This document shows, one piece after another, positions 49,858 through 62,019 of a stretch of DNA of 64,000 nucleotides (position 1 is its first letter; every line of letters begins with the position of its first letter). The notes beneath the pieces are model-generated. The model was not told the origin of the DNA. It ran no database searches and saw only the letters and a list, made by a program, of their open reading frames with translations. The stretch covers positions 21,767,331 to 21,831,330 of the forward strand of contig JAUZTB010000001.1 in assembly GCA_034780895.1 (NCBI GenBank). The letters run 5' to 3'. Origin of the DNA: Rhynchobatus australiae. Lineage: Eukaryota. The translations under genes and the position numbers were made by a program.

Positions 49858-52800
49858 GAAGCTCAACTGCTTCTAGCAACCATCTGTATTGGGTTTGATC
49901 TAATACCTATTCAAATCAACATTGAACTGGAGTCAAAAAAGCATGTTTAAAGCAACAGGGCCATTAACTTGCTGCTTCTAAATGTAACCATCTTGTTAGA
50001 AGTATTTTTAAACTCATAGCTACTTCTCTCCTCCCAGTGGAATGTTTAGTCAATAAAAGTAGCACCATATTTTGTTGGAATACCTTGATAGATATGTTTA
50101 ATGTCTCTTCTGGTGTGATTTCAACAATAATTTCATTATGTTACTCAGAGGGGGATGAGAATGCTCTGGGATCTGGGATACCTTATTTTGGATGTGAAAT
50201 AAGTTTGTCCAGTCTTAACACTCTGCATCCTCACTGCTTTCCCATTTCCTTAACAGCTGATTAACAGCTTCACGGGGATCAATGGATTTCTCCCAAGCTC
50301 TGTCCGGGTCTGAAGTATCTTGTGAAAAGTAAATTTCAAACTAGCATGTGTATCTCACATGTTATAATTTCTCAAATACATAGAGGTGTTCATCGGCAGA
50401 TTAACATCAAATAACTAAGAGTACAGGAACCTGCTAGTGAAGATACATAAAGAGACAAGAAAGGGAATTCTCCTAGTTTTGAAAATCCTTGGTAGTCAGA
50501 ATTTAAAACCAGTTGGTTATGGCTAAAATGGAAGGGAAATAAGCCAGGGAGAAGCAATAGGGTTGGGGTTGGAGTGTTGAAGATTATACATATTCAGTAA
50601 TAGAAGAAAAAGAGACCACAGCAGAATTGTTTGAAAAAGTCATTTGCAGAATCGACAGCATGAATTCTCTTCAGTTTAACCAGGTAGGTAAGTGTTCATT
50701 AATAAAAAAAAGAATCTGTTTAGGAGTGTTAAAAAGTACAAACAAGTCAAAGCATTTGTTCCCTGCGTAATCTACACATCAATTATCCTGCTGGGCTAAT
50801 TGCTGCTTTCTATACCCCAGGTACCTAAGCATTCACACATATTCAGTCTTTCATGCTCCTGATCAAAAACTGGTAGATTGAGGAGATATGGCGAATATAG
50901 CCATTCTTGTCAGGCAGTCATTTACTCATTGCAAGGAGGTGGGATGGAAAGGAAAGCCATTTCCTGCATCTCGTTGTTACCTGGTGGGGATGCTATTCAG
51001 GTGACAAGGATTCTGGCACAAGAGGGGAACAGCTGTGTTTTATACTTCATTTCCATTTGAATGAAACTCAGATGAACCTGGACAGAGACCTAGACTTCAC
51101 CTGGATCCTATTTTCTCTGATCTTTTAGCTCCTGAGAGAGAAGGCCCCCTGNNNNNNNNNNNNNNNNNNNNNNNNNNNNNNNNNNNNNNNNNNNNNNNNN
51201 NNNNNNNNNNNNNNNNNNNNNNNNNNNNNNNNNNNNNNNNNNNNNNNNNNNNNNNNNNNNNNNNNNNNNNNNNNNNNNNNNNNNNNNNNNNNNNNNNNNN
51301 NNNNNNNNNNNNNNNNNNNNNNNNNNNNNNNNNNNNNNNNNNNNNNNNNNNNNNNNNNNNNNNNNNNNNNNNNNNNNNNNNNNNNNNNNNNNNNNNNNNN
51401 NNNNNNNNNNNNNNNNNNNNNNNNNNNNNNNNNNNNNNNNNNNNNNNNNNNNNNNNNNNNNNNNNNNNNNNNNNNNNNNNNNNNNNNNNNNNNNNNNNNN
51501 NNNNNNNNNNNNNNNNNNNNNNNNNNNNNNNNNNNNNNNNNNNNNNNNNNNNNNNNNNNNNNNNNNNNNNNNNNNNNNNNNNNNNNNNNNNNNNNNNNNN
51601 NNNNNNNNNNNNNNNNNNNNNNNNNNNNNNNNNNNNNNNNNNNNNNNNNNNNNNNNNNNNNNNNNNNNNNNNNNNNNNNNNNNNNNNNNNNNNNNNNNNN
51701 NNNNNNNNNNNNNNNNNNNNNNNNNNNNNNNNNNNNNNNNNNNNNNNNNNNNNNNNNNNNNNNNNNNNNNNNNNNNNNNNNNNNNNNNNNNNNNNNNNNN
51801 NNNNNNNNNNNNNNNNNNNNNNNNNNNNNNNNNNNNNNNNNNNNNNNNNNNNNNNNNNNNNNNNNNNNNNNNNNNNNNNNNNNNNNNNNNNNNNNNNNNN
51901 NNNNGATGGAAAGCCTTTGTGTTCACTTTGGATGTATGTGCCAGTTTAATTTGACCCCACTGGCTCAGTACCATAAAATTATTAAAGGTGGATTTCCTCA
52001 ACTAAAGGCTGCTGATCCAGGTCCCTGGGATGTATCCAATTCACGAGCAAAGATGACAAGGGAAGGCCATCAAATGGATTAAAATGCCAACTTTTACAGG
52101 GAAGGGGAGCAATATAATGAGAATTTCTACAAATGTTGGCTTCCAAGGATAATTTTACTCTGACTGCTTTGGCTCATCACATTTATTTCATAGAGCTATC
52201 CAAATGATCATGTAGAAGCACTGTCATAGAGATATTATTATACAGACAATCTACTACCTGTTTTGGTGAGTGCCAGCAATTGAGAAATAGCAATTTCAGG
52301 ATTGACCTTGTCTAGGCTTCCAGAGGAAGTTATTATCTCCGGATGTGGATTTTTGTGGCAGATCACACCAAATTTTGGACCACATCAATTTTGCAGTAAC
52401 CATTGACTTTTGACATTGTAACCTGGATACATTGAACAGTACTCTCAAATGAAGAAGCTGCATTAAATAGTTCTCTAAAAGAATGCAAAACAACCTTGAG
52501 TAATTCAGATTGTTTTCCATCTGCATGTCACTGATATTCTGATTTTTCCAGGAAGGTAAAAGGAATCTGTGGGAAAAATTGCTGGGAGCACTCACAATTT
52601 TAATTAGGTATTGTGTTACAGATTTTTTTTTAGCAAACTAAAGACTGGCAAAAGCAAAACTTTTAGTCCTACAGTTCTCATTTAGTTTACATGGTAAAAG
52701 GAAGCAACTGCTATTAAATTACTCTTTGAAACATTCTTTACTTATAACTCAAGCTGTGTGGAACTGGGTTGTGTTGAAACAGTGTTCAACATATGCTTGA

Positions 52801-53059
52801 TGTGTTAGCATATAAATTAGTCTTTACTAAATATATATTTAGCAAGTGGATTGAATTTGAAGCATGAGGTTAAAGATATTTGGAGTAGTGCATTTATGGG
52901 GTGCTATAAATGAATAATTGAAAATGTAAGTTATCTTATTATTTTTACTGTGCACAGTATATGGGATACCAAAGGAAAAGGGTCTGTTCATGCCATTCTA
53001 ATGGAATTTTTACTACCCTGTCACAAGCAAGTTACTTGCTATATTAAGCACAGTTCTTG

Positions 53060-53062
<3 letters not shown>

Positions 53063-53134
<72 letters not shown>

Positions 53135-53237
53135 ATCNNNNNNNNNNNNNNNNNNNNNNNNNNNNNNNNNNNNNNNNNNNNNNNNNNNNNNNNNNNNNNN
53201 NNNNNNNNNNNNNNNNNNNNNNNNNNNNNNNNNNNNN

Positions 53238-53311
<74 letters not shown>
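53063..53311. repeat. (CT)n microsatellite, split by a 100-N gap
   Basis: Directly visible. Confidence 0.95.
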
Positions 53312-53314
<3 letters not shown>

Positions 53315-55372
53315 TTCTCCTTCTCTCTGTCCCTCACCCTCCCCTCCTCTATCATCTCTCTCCTTCTCTCTGTCTACCCTTCCCATTGCTGTACTATAGT
53401 AAGAATAACTTATTTTTTTCCTGAATTTATATCATTATTTGGCAATGCAGTCACCCATTTGAAAGGTAACCTCAGTTTAAATTATATATAACAAACTCTG
53501 AATGCAACAATATGTAGTTCTCAGCATTGCTTATATTCCTGTATTCCCTTGTAAGATGGAAGCACTAATGACTTGCCAAATGTTCATATCTCAGATGATG
53601 TAGTGGGTAGGGACTTCTAGTAATAGAGGGCTTTGCACATGCAAAAACATTTAGGGCTCCTCTAGAAGAGAAAGGAAGCTGATAGCAATGCAGTGTGACT
53701 ATCTGCCTGACTTTTGCCACACCCTGTGTTGGACTGATGATCACCAGTTTACTGCCCACTTCAGCAGATTACAGTACCTGAGAGATAGGGTTCAGCAGAC
53801 TGCTGATGGCATCGGGCCATACTGGCCTCCCAGAACAGCTGAAACTAACAGGAAAGGGATTGGAATCTGAATGCAGCAAGAGGCCAGGCTGCAGAGAAAG
53901 GCCAAAGATAAGTGTTTCAACTTTTGAACAGTTACATCCACAACAGACAGATTTCTACAAGTGCCATACAATGTGTTTTGTGGAATCCTCAAGTCAATGT
54001 TTCAGTCATAGGTTGTGGGATGGTATAGAAACTTGTATAAAAGCTGGAAAAATATGTTCTTTGGAGCCAGTTGAGAGAAATGAGGCAGCAGGTGTGTAAA
54101 AGCAAATAAGTGTTAGGTAAANNNNNNNNNNNNNNAAGCTTGAGTACTTCCCCAGGTGGGAATAAAAATATTTGGACCTCAAACAAAATAAAAGGTGAAA
54201 GAAGTTTAATGAAATAAAAGTGGATTATATAGTGCCTTCTCCCTAAATGGCATAAGGTTTCATTTTAGTAGATCAAGATGCTGATACTAGATACTTGGCC
54301 TGAATAAACCTCAAGCAAGCAACCTTCCACATCTTGTCACATACATAGGTGAAATAAACTGGAAATAAAATCAAGGTTTCTGTCCCAATTCACAACAGGT
54401 GAAGTATTTTGAATAATTTATATTTGATTTGGTTGCAAATTGAGCAGATTGATATATCGCTGAAATCATATATTGATTCTGTATTCTTAGGCAGGAAGGT
54501 GTGTGCCATTTTGCTTGGCTTCTACAAACATTCTGGAATTTCACATGATTTCACATTTCAGATATTACAGTGTATTCACACAGCGCTTACCCTCAATAGT
54601 GTAAAAGGTAATAGAATGTCTATGACAGTATAAACTGCACAGGGTCAGTTCATTGATGCCATGCTCCTCAGCAAAGGGCTGTAGTTGCAGAGAATATCTG
54701 GGATACAATACCCAGTGCCAATTTTCCAGCATGTTCTTCTTTCAGCGTGAGATCAATGAATGTAATTGCAAAGGCTTGATAGTCCAAATGAACATTTTTT
54801 GGCCTGTGTACATACTTTGTAATGATTAGATTGTGTGAAATACCACAAGCAAGTCAGATGCTGTTGTCACTGATGTGCACACTCTCCAGTACGGGTCATT
54901 GAGCAGGAACTGGGAATAGATATCTGGGTAGTATTTGTTCTTTCTCCTTTTGCCTAGAAATAGTGAGCCTTATTCCAGTGCCCTGTGTTCTGATTGATTC
55001 AGTTAAGTTTGCAGGAAAACAGTTACTATGTCTGCTTGGGTCCATACCATCCTGCATGACATATTGAGCCACTGAACCAATGAAATGCTGCAAGAGAAAA
55101 AGTTCACACCATTAACTTGTTTCAAACTCAGGAATTGAAATTTCCAGTATGCTGCTTTCAAAATCCTTGATGGCATGGCAGCACAGAAGTAAGCAAGGGT
55201 TGTACTTTGCAAACTGTAAAGACTTCCCTTTGAGGTTACAGTGATAGTACAGATGCTTACAGAGTGTGTGTTGTGTGCGCACATTTATGTGTGTGTTTGG
55301 CTGCATATATCTCCAAATACATTTTAAAATGATGAAAATGACAAGTATATAAGATGCTGATCTTGGCTTTTC

Positions 55373-55432
55373 GGCACAGCTTTGTGGGCCGAAGGGCCTG
55401 AATTGTGCCGTAGTTTTTCTATGTTCTATGTT
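55373..55432 (+). mobile_element. CR1-type 3' tail
   Basis: gtgggccgaagggcctg..gtgccgtag..tctatgttctatgtt. Confidence 0.75.
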
Positions 55433-57224
55433 ATTAAAATGTACACTTGTTAAGTCTTGAAAACATTTCAAGATTGGATTTACATTGTTGAAATGAAAAG
55501 TGTTAACTAATTGAATACCACCATTGCCAAAAAGTTATTGTAAGATTGTCTCCTGATGCCTTGAAATTACATACAAGAGACCATCATTTAAGTTACAATG
55601 GCATGATACTTGAAGACACACCTTATGGTCAATCATGGTGTTCTAAACAATAACAAATTTGAGTCTGTTGGGTCCTTGTTTGTTACAACTGTGCTGTCAT
55701 TGCCCCAGATAATAATGTGTTGACCAGTGAGATACAATAGGTATTTGATGAATAAATGCACCATAGCATAATAAATGCTTACAAGTGATTTCAGCTGCTT
55801 TGCAAATAAATCCATAGTGAGAATCTTCAGCAACAAATTTGAAAAATAAACAACTAACTTGGTAATAGCAAATGGCAAGTTGAGCTGTGAATGTGCTCTG
55901 GCTGGTTGCTTACTTTTTCTCAAATGTTTTTTTTTCCATACCTGTTCAAAATCTGCCAGCTTTCTTCCTGTTTGCACCAGTGTATCGAGGGGAGGAGTTC
56001 AACAAAAATACTGATTAAATTATGCATGGGAGCAGATAAGATACTTAATTTAGTCACTGCCTTTTTAAAAGCCGTAGGAAGCTAAAAAGAGACCTTTATT
56101 TTCTAAAAAGAAATTGGCCCCTTTGTGACAGCAAAGTACCAGCTTGCACACAGGCAAAACTGTAACAATTTTATATTCTCAACGTTTTGTGTGTATTTGG
56201 TTAGTTACAGTAATTATGCCCAATAACTGACAGCCGAAATCACGTAGGGGAAGGCAGACTGCNNNNNNNNNNNNNNNNNNNNNNNNNNNNNNNNNNNNNN
56301 NNNNNNNNNNNNNNNNNNNNNNNNNNNNNNNNNNNNNNNNNNNNNNNNNNNNNNNNNNNNNNNNNNNNNNNNNNNNNNNNNNNNNNNNNNNNNNNNNNNN
56401 NNAAAGCTGATAGGATGTGGTCGCTGGCTCACCTGTGTGACAAACAGTTTTTTTCCTTGCTCTTTTGACCTGNNNNNNNNNNNNNNNNNNNNNNNNNNNN
56501 NNNNNNNNNNNNNNNNNNNNNNNNNNNNNNNNNNNNNNNNNNNNNNNNNNNNNNNNNNNNNNNNNNNNNNNNNNNNNNNNNNNNNNNNNNNNNNNNNNNN
56601 NNNNNNGGGTGTGTGAGTGTATTCAATTTTTTGGCACCCTTACTTGATGGGGGCTCTGTGCATTTGTTGTAAGATAGAACATGTGTGGATGTGTGCACAG
56701 ATGGCTGAGTGTTATGGGGTGAGAAAAGGTGGTACCTCCGAACAGTTGAACAAACCTTGCTTTGCTAGCCTGTTGCTTAGGATTGAACAAATAATGGGAC
56801 TTTAATTGAATTAAAGACCAGCTTCAGTCAGTGCCTCATGACAGAAATTATTGAATCTCTCCTTTTTCATTGTTCCATTTACACGTCGCTGAATTTCCTG
56901 CTTTTGTGCTTGTCTTCCCTGCCATAAAGCAAGACCCGTAATGCATTGAGCGTCTGCTTCTGTGCTTTTCACTTCTGTCACTTCTTGCCTAGTTTGGTGG
57001 GTTGTGAGGTGAGCCTGGTACAGTCAGCTGCATCTTTGTCAGTTTAACAAGGTCCAAAACTCCCAGGAAACCTAGCAGACAATGACCTCATTTCCAATTT
57101 GCAAATGCGTACACCTCCCCATTGAGCCATTCAGGTGATTAACATACTTCCAAATCCTTTTTTCTAAGCACGACAAATTTGCTTTCATCCAATCAGGTGA
57201 ATGTCCGTTAACATCCCATGCAAC

Positions 57225-57345
57225 TGATGGGCTGGAAAGCAACACATTGCCTGTGAGCCGTGCCAGACAGAGAAGGCTCTTGTTAATTCCCAGCACCAGA
57301 AATAAATATGATTCTTAGCTGAGAGGATTACAAGGCATTTGAGTA
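57225..57345 (+). mobile_element. AmnSINE2-like head fragment
   Basis: cacattgcctgtgagccgtgccagacagagaaggctc. Confidence 0.35.
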
Positions 57346-57399
57346 TAGGCTGCCCCAACCAGAAGTGAACTTTGTATTTTTATAAAACAACTGCTTTGC

Positions 57400-57855
57400 T
57401 GCTGATGGAAGGGCCTTGGGGTGTGAGGATGGGAGTCACTCGCCCACAGGATACCCAGCCTCTGAACTGTCCTTGTAGCCCTGGTATTGCTGTGACTGGT
57501 CCAGCTGAGCTTCTGGTCAGTGGTGACCCCTTAGATGTTGATGTGAAAGGGTAGATGGTTAGTCTCTCCTTCTGGTTGATCACTGCCCGGTACTTCTGTT
57601 ATGTGAATGCTACCTGCTGCTTATCAGCCCTTGTCTAAGCTGTTTCATTTGCTGAGGAGTTCATTTGCTGATGAAATTGAACATCGTGCAATCATCAGGG
57701 AACACCCCCACCTCTGACCTTACAATGGAAGGAAGGTCGTTGATGAAGCAGCTGAAAGTGGTTGGGTCCAGGACTGTAACTTGAGGAACTCCTGCAGTGA
57801 AGTCCTGGGGTTGGGATGATTCCAACAACCACAGGCACCTTCCATTGTGCACAGC
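57400..57855 (-). mobile_element. CR1-clade LINE RT fragment
   Basis: Minus peptide AGVPQVTVLDPTTFSCFINDLPSIVRSEVGVFPDDCTMF (GVPQGSVLGP and FADD motifs). Confidence 0.9.
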
Positions 57856-57975
57856 ATGACTACACCCACGGGAGTGTTTACCCCTTCATGCTCATTGTCT
57901 GTAATGCGTTTAGCCAAAGTTGAACACAACATAGTTTGGGTTAAGTATCTTTCAGTCTACCTCGCAGTCGGTCTG

Positions 57976-58395
57976 ACAGCGGGAAACAGGCCCTTCTGCC
58001 CCTTGACTCCAGTCCAACCATCAAGCATCCATTTGCACTAATCCCATTTTATTCTCCCCAGATTTCCACCAACCCCTCTAGATAAGATCTTTGTTAGTCA
58101 CACGTACGCCGAAACACACAGTGAAATATATCTCTTGCATAGACTGTTCTGGGGGCAGCCCGCAAGTGTCGCCACACTTCTGGCGCCAACATAGCTGCCC
58201 ACAACTTCCTAACCCGTACGTCTTTATTTTACTTCCCCCCCCCCACACTAGGAGAAGTTGACAGTGACCAATTAACCTGCTGACCTGCATGTCTTTGGGA
58301 TATGGGAGGAAACTGGAGCACCTGGGGGGGGATACCCACCCATTCGCAGGGAGAACGTGCAAACTCCACACAGACAGCGTTGCTGGAAGTGTGAG
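57976..58395 (-). mobile_element. HE1-like V-SINE with CR1-type tail, interrupted by an insertion
   Basis: Tail gaaacaggcccttctgccc; V-domain tgggaggaaactggagcacc..gggagaacgtgcaaactccacacagacag. Confidence 0.85.
58082..58225 (-). mobile_element. 3' half of the 11577-type V-SINE, nested in the HE1-like SINE
   Basis: gttctgggggcagcccgcaagtgtcgccac..cccacaacttcctaacccgtac is near identical to 11640-11714. Confidence 0.88.
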
Positions 58396-58542
58396 GTGGC
58401 AGTTCTTCTGGCTGGTGATGCCTTTAGTCTTCCTCACGTTTGACATCGACAAGGCTCGAGTCCCCTACCACACTGCCCTCTGACAGTACACGTTCATGCC
58501 CTTCTTATTCCCCTGTAGAACTGGCACAGAAAGTTGACACCA

Positions 58543-58640
58543 GGTGTAGATCAGCCACAATCATATCGAAGTGACAGGACAGGCATGAGGGGCGGAGTGG
58601 CCTACTTCTGCTCCTTATTTTTCTCCTGTGTGTGTTCTTA
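58543..58640 (+). mobile_element. CR1 3' tail
   Basis: agatcagccacaatcatatcgaa..gaggggcggagtggcctacttctgctcct. Confidence 0.75.
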
Positions 58641-58783
58641 GGTAGTCCTGAAAGATTGTCGTCCTGTTGCAGGAAAGGGAATTTTTTTTAGCCAGATTAT
58701 TCATCTGGATTCAACGAAGGTGATACCGTAATCTTCACCCACGCTGCACTTGCATTTTGAAAAGACTCTCGGTGGATCGGACG

Positions 58784-59436
58784 TGGGTGGGTCAGTGATG
58801 TCGCTAGTGGAACAGCACCAGAGACCTCGGTTCGATCCCGACCTCCGGCGCTGTCTGTGTGTGGAGTTTGCACGTTCTCCCTGTGACCGCGTGGGTTTCC
58901 ACTGGGTGCTCCGGTTTCCTCCCACATCCCAACGACCCGATTCAAGAACAGCTTCTTCCCCACTGCTATCAGACCCCTGAACCAACCACCTCTTTCACAT
59001 CCCCTTCCCGGCGGTGCTGCCACGTTCCCAGACTCCAATTCTACCTCTTCCGTTATTGTCACTTTAATTTCTTTATCTACGACCTCAGTTTTCACAACTA
59101 TACTTTGCACCCTGCTGTTGCTCTTACACTCGTCGTATTTATTGTTGTATTCATTATTACCATAGATACAGCTGACTCTGGGAGCTTCATGCGAGCAAGG
59201 AATTTCATTGCACCCTGGTGTATGCAACAATTAATTAACCTAAATCTGAAGACGTGCAGGTTGGTTGGTCATTTAGCTGCTGTAAGTTTCCCCTGGTGTG
59301 TAGGTGAGTGGGGGAGTCTGAGGGGGAGATGATGAGAATAAATATCGGATGAATGTAGCATTGGTGTAAATGGTTGGCATGGACTCGATGGGCTGAAGGG
59401 CCTGTTTCCGTGCTATATCTCTCTGTCTCCGTAACA
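58784..59436 (+). mobile_element. HE1-like V-SINE, interrupted by a Rex1-type fragment
   Basis: B-box ggttcgatccc, V-domain gtggagtttgcacgttctccctgtgaccgcgtgggtttcc, resumes at aagacgtgcagg, tail gggctgaagggcctgtttccgtgct. Confidence 0.9.
58937..59248 (+). mobile_element. Rex1/Babar-type LINE 3' end, nested in the SINE
   Basis: cgattcaagaacagcttcttccccactgctatcaga encodes RFKNSFFPTAIR, a Rex1/Babar C-terminal motif; flanked by acgac/aagac. Confidence 0.8.
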
Positions 59437-61504
59437 TGACATTCCCCTCCCTTCCTCTCCAGCCCACTCCTGACCAAGACAACCTACCTGTTGAATCCCT
59501 TGACAGGTAGATCCCCCTGGAGCCACACATAAAGAGGGTCAGACACCTGCATCAATTTACCAGTGCAAATAATTTATATAAATACAGAATAAATAGATTG
59601 AACTCTTGACCAGACAGACAGGGTTATTGCAGTTGGCTGAACCTGATCAAAGTTGAGAGGTAACANNNNNNNNNNNNNNNNNNNNNNNNNNNNNNNNNNN
59701 NNNNNNNNNNNNNNNNNNNNNNNNNNNNNNNNNNNNNNNNNNNNNNNNNNNNNNNNNNNNNNNNNATGTCTGCGCGTCATCACGGCGTAGCACGTCATCA
59801 ATGATATTTTCCTCGTTTTGAATCTTTAGCTGCATGGGATCATGAGGGTTTATTTACAGTAAGTTATTTCCTTGTGGACCCAGCTGTCAGTTCTTCATTT
59901 AAAGGTATGATTTGATTTTAGTCACCCCTCTATAAGCTATTTTGTAAAGGAAGTTCCAGCGAAAGTTGAGATTCACTGAGGAAAAGGCTGAAGGCAACAC
60001 TGGCTGAGTGACTTTCATTACTGTTGCTCTTGGATGCAATATTTTATGCCTTAGGTGGAAACAAAAGACCTCCGAAGCACTATAACTCATTATTAGTATT
60101 CTGGGTTTGATTGATAATTTATTGAAAGGGCTTTTCAGGGAGCTTTGCTGGTCAGTTTCAAGTGATTTTACTACCGATACGTAGTGAAAAAATGTGATCT
60201 TTCATTCCAGTGCCGCCTGATTCTATTTGCATGTATATTAATCAACAATAAGCCCAGGATTGACTTGTGGCCTTGAATTGGAGATGATCCAATGGTTCAG
60301 GTACCACTCCCTTTGGGAGAATAAAGCATGCTGAGTGCAAGTGAAGTCAACCAGGAACTATACTGGATAGTCAGAATGCTTAAAATAAAATGTATCATAA
60401 CCTTTAATCTAAAAGCTTCAAATTGTTCTTCCAGTATTTAGCAGAGAAAGAGTATATTTCGGCAATGCTTTTATCATAATTTAAAGTTGCTTGGTTTTTT
60501 GCTAAAAGCATTGCTGTGCAAGCTGGCACATAAAGACGATGATCTGTAAAGGCAGGAGGTTTAATGCTTTATAGAAGATCAGACCTTTACAATGTTATGT
60601 TTTCGCTTTATTTTCCCCCGCATTTGACTCTATTATTTAAACTCCATTCAGTTGAAGACAATCGAATCAGCTGTCAGCTCTATTTACAAACCTGCAATTA
60701 ATGCATTGTCTTCACTTGATGCCCCCATGCCATCTAATTTGCTTGGTCACAAGTCAGGAAACAGTTTGGCGCGATGACGTCTTTGCCGAGCGTGATCGTC
60801 ATTGCTGAACGTGTGTGATTTGTGGTGCAGCAGTGGTGCCAATTAGATGGCCCCATTATTAGAAAGCCTGGGCCACTCTGAAGGTTGTGCACTTTGCCAA
60901 AATGGTTGTTTGTGTTGCAACAAGGTTCTTAAGCTGTGCAAAACACTTTTGGTAAGGTGTAACATTATCATATAGATACTGTGGCAAAATGATAGCGGAA
61001 ATACATGAGCTTCTGAGTGGGAGTAAGAATGGAATCAATCGGTGCTGACGTCCATTCACACTTTCTTTTCATTTGTTACTCTGATCTGACCCACTAGATG
61101 AGCAACGGTAGCCTTTCATCTTGGACCAGGCAGTGATAATAAAGGAGTGGCCAAATTCACTCAATTTACTTCTATAATTATTTGGTGATGGACTGCATTG
61201 GGACCTGTGGGAGAAGTAAGCTGCCCGTTCTCCTGGCCAAAGGCAATTGATAAACAACATTCATTAGAAAATTGATGGGCTGTTTCTGTATGGGAACAGG
61301 GAGGGCTAGTGGTGGAGGGCCCAGGACCAGGGAAGAAACCTAATTAATATAAGTTGAATCTTAACCCTAACTGATTGATAGTTTAAAGCATGTTAAAATA
61401 AGTTATCCATACAGACAACTCCATATGTCTTGAAATACAATTGGCTCACTTAAGCCCACCTAAAATTTTTATTAACATACAGGTATATTCTAACATTAGT
61501 TTTG

Positions 61505-61580
61505 AGTCAAAGAGGCGTAGAGTTATACAGCATGGAAGCAGGCCTTTTGGCCCAACTCGTCCATGCTGACTGAGGTGTCT
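61505..61580 (-). mobile_element. CR1/HE1-type 3' tail
   Basis: agagttatacagcatggaagcaggccttttggcccaactcgtccatgctgac. Confidence 0.75.
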
Positions 61581-61633
61581 TCTTTCTTATTTTCTTGACT
61601 CAAAACACAATTAAATGTCTCTTATCAAAGTCT

Positions 61634-62012
61634 ACATATGTACATACAAGCATCGAAATTAGGAAGCCACTTGGCCCATTAAGTCTATTCTGCTATTTAA
61701 TAAGATTATGGCTAATCTGATTGTAACCTCAACTCTGCATTCCTGTCTACCCATGGTAACCTTTCACTTGCTTATCATACATCTATCTATCTCTGTCTTA
61801 AAAATGTTCAAAGACACCACTTCCACCACCCTTTGAAGAAGTCAGTTGCAAAGACTTACAACTCTCTGAGAGAAAGAAAAATTCTGCCTCATTTCTGCTT
61901 TAAATGGGTGACTCCTTATTTTAAGTAGTGACCCCTAGTTCTGAATCTCCCTCAAGAGGAAATATCCTCNNNNNNNNNNATGTTTCAATCAATTCCCTTT
62001 CACTCTTCCTAG
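61634..62012 (-). mobile_element. CR1 3' region
   Basis: aagattatggctaatctgattgtaacctcaactc..tctctgagagaaagaaaatt..tgacccctagttctg; parallels 700-950. Confidence 0.8.
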
Positions 62013-62019
62013 CAGATGC

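Noticed and set aside
51108-52001. Long ORFs in the track (297, 203, 174, 170 aa etc.)
   Set aside because: Made mostly of X from N gaps
58697-59332. 177-aa and 157-aa ORFs
   Set aside because: Lie across SINE and LINE 3' UTR sequence; chance read-through
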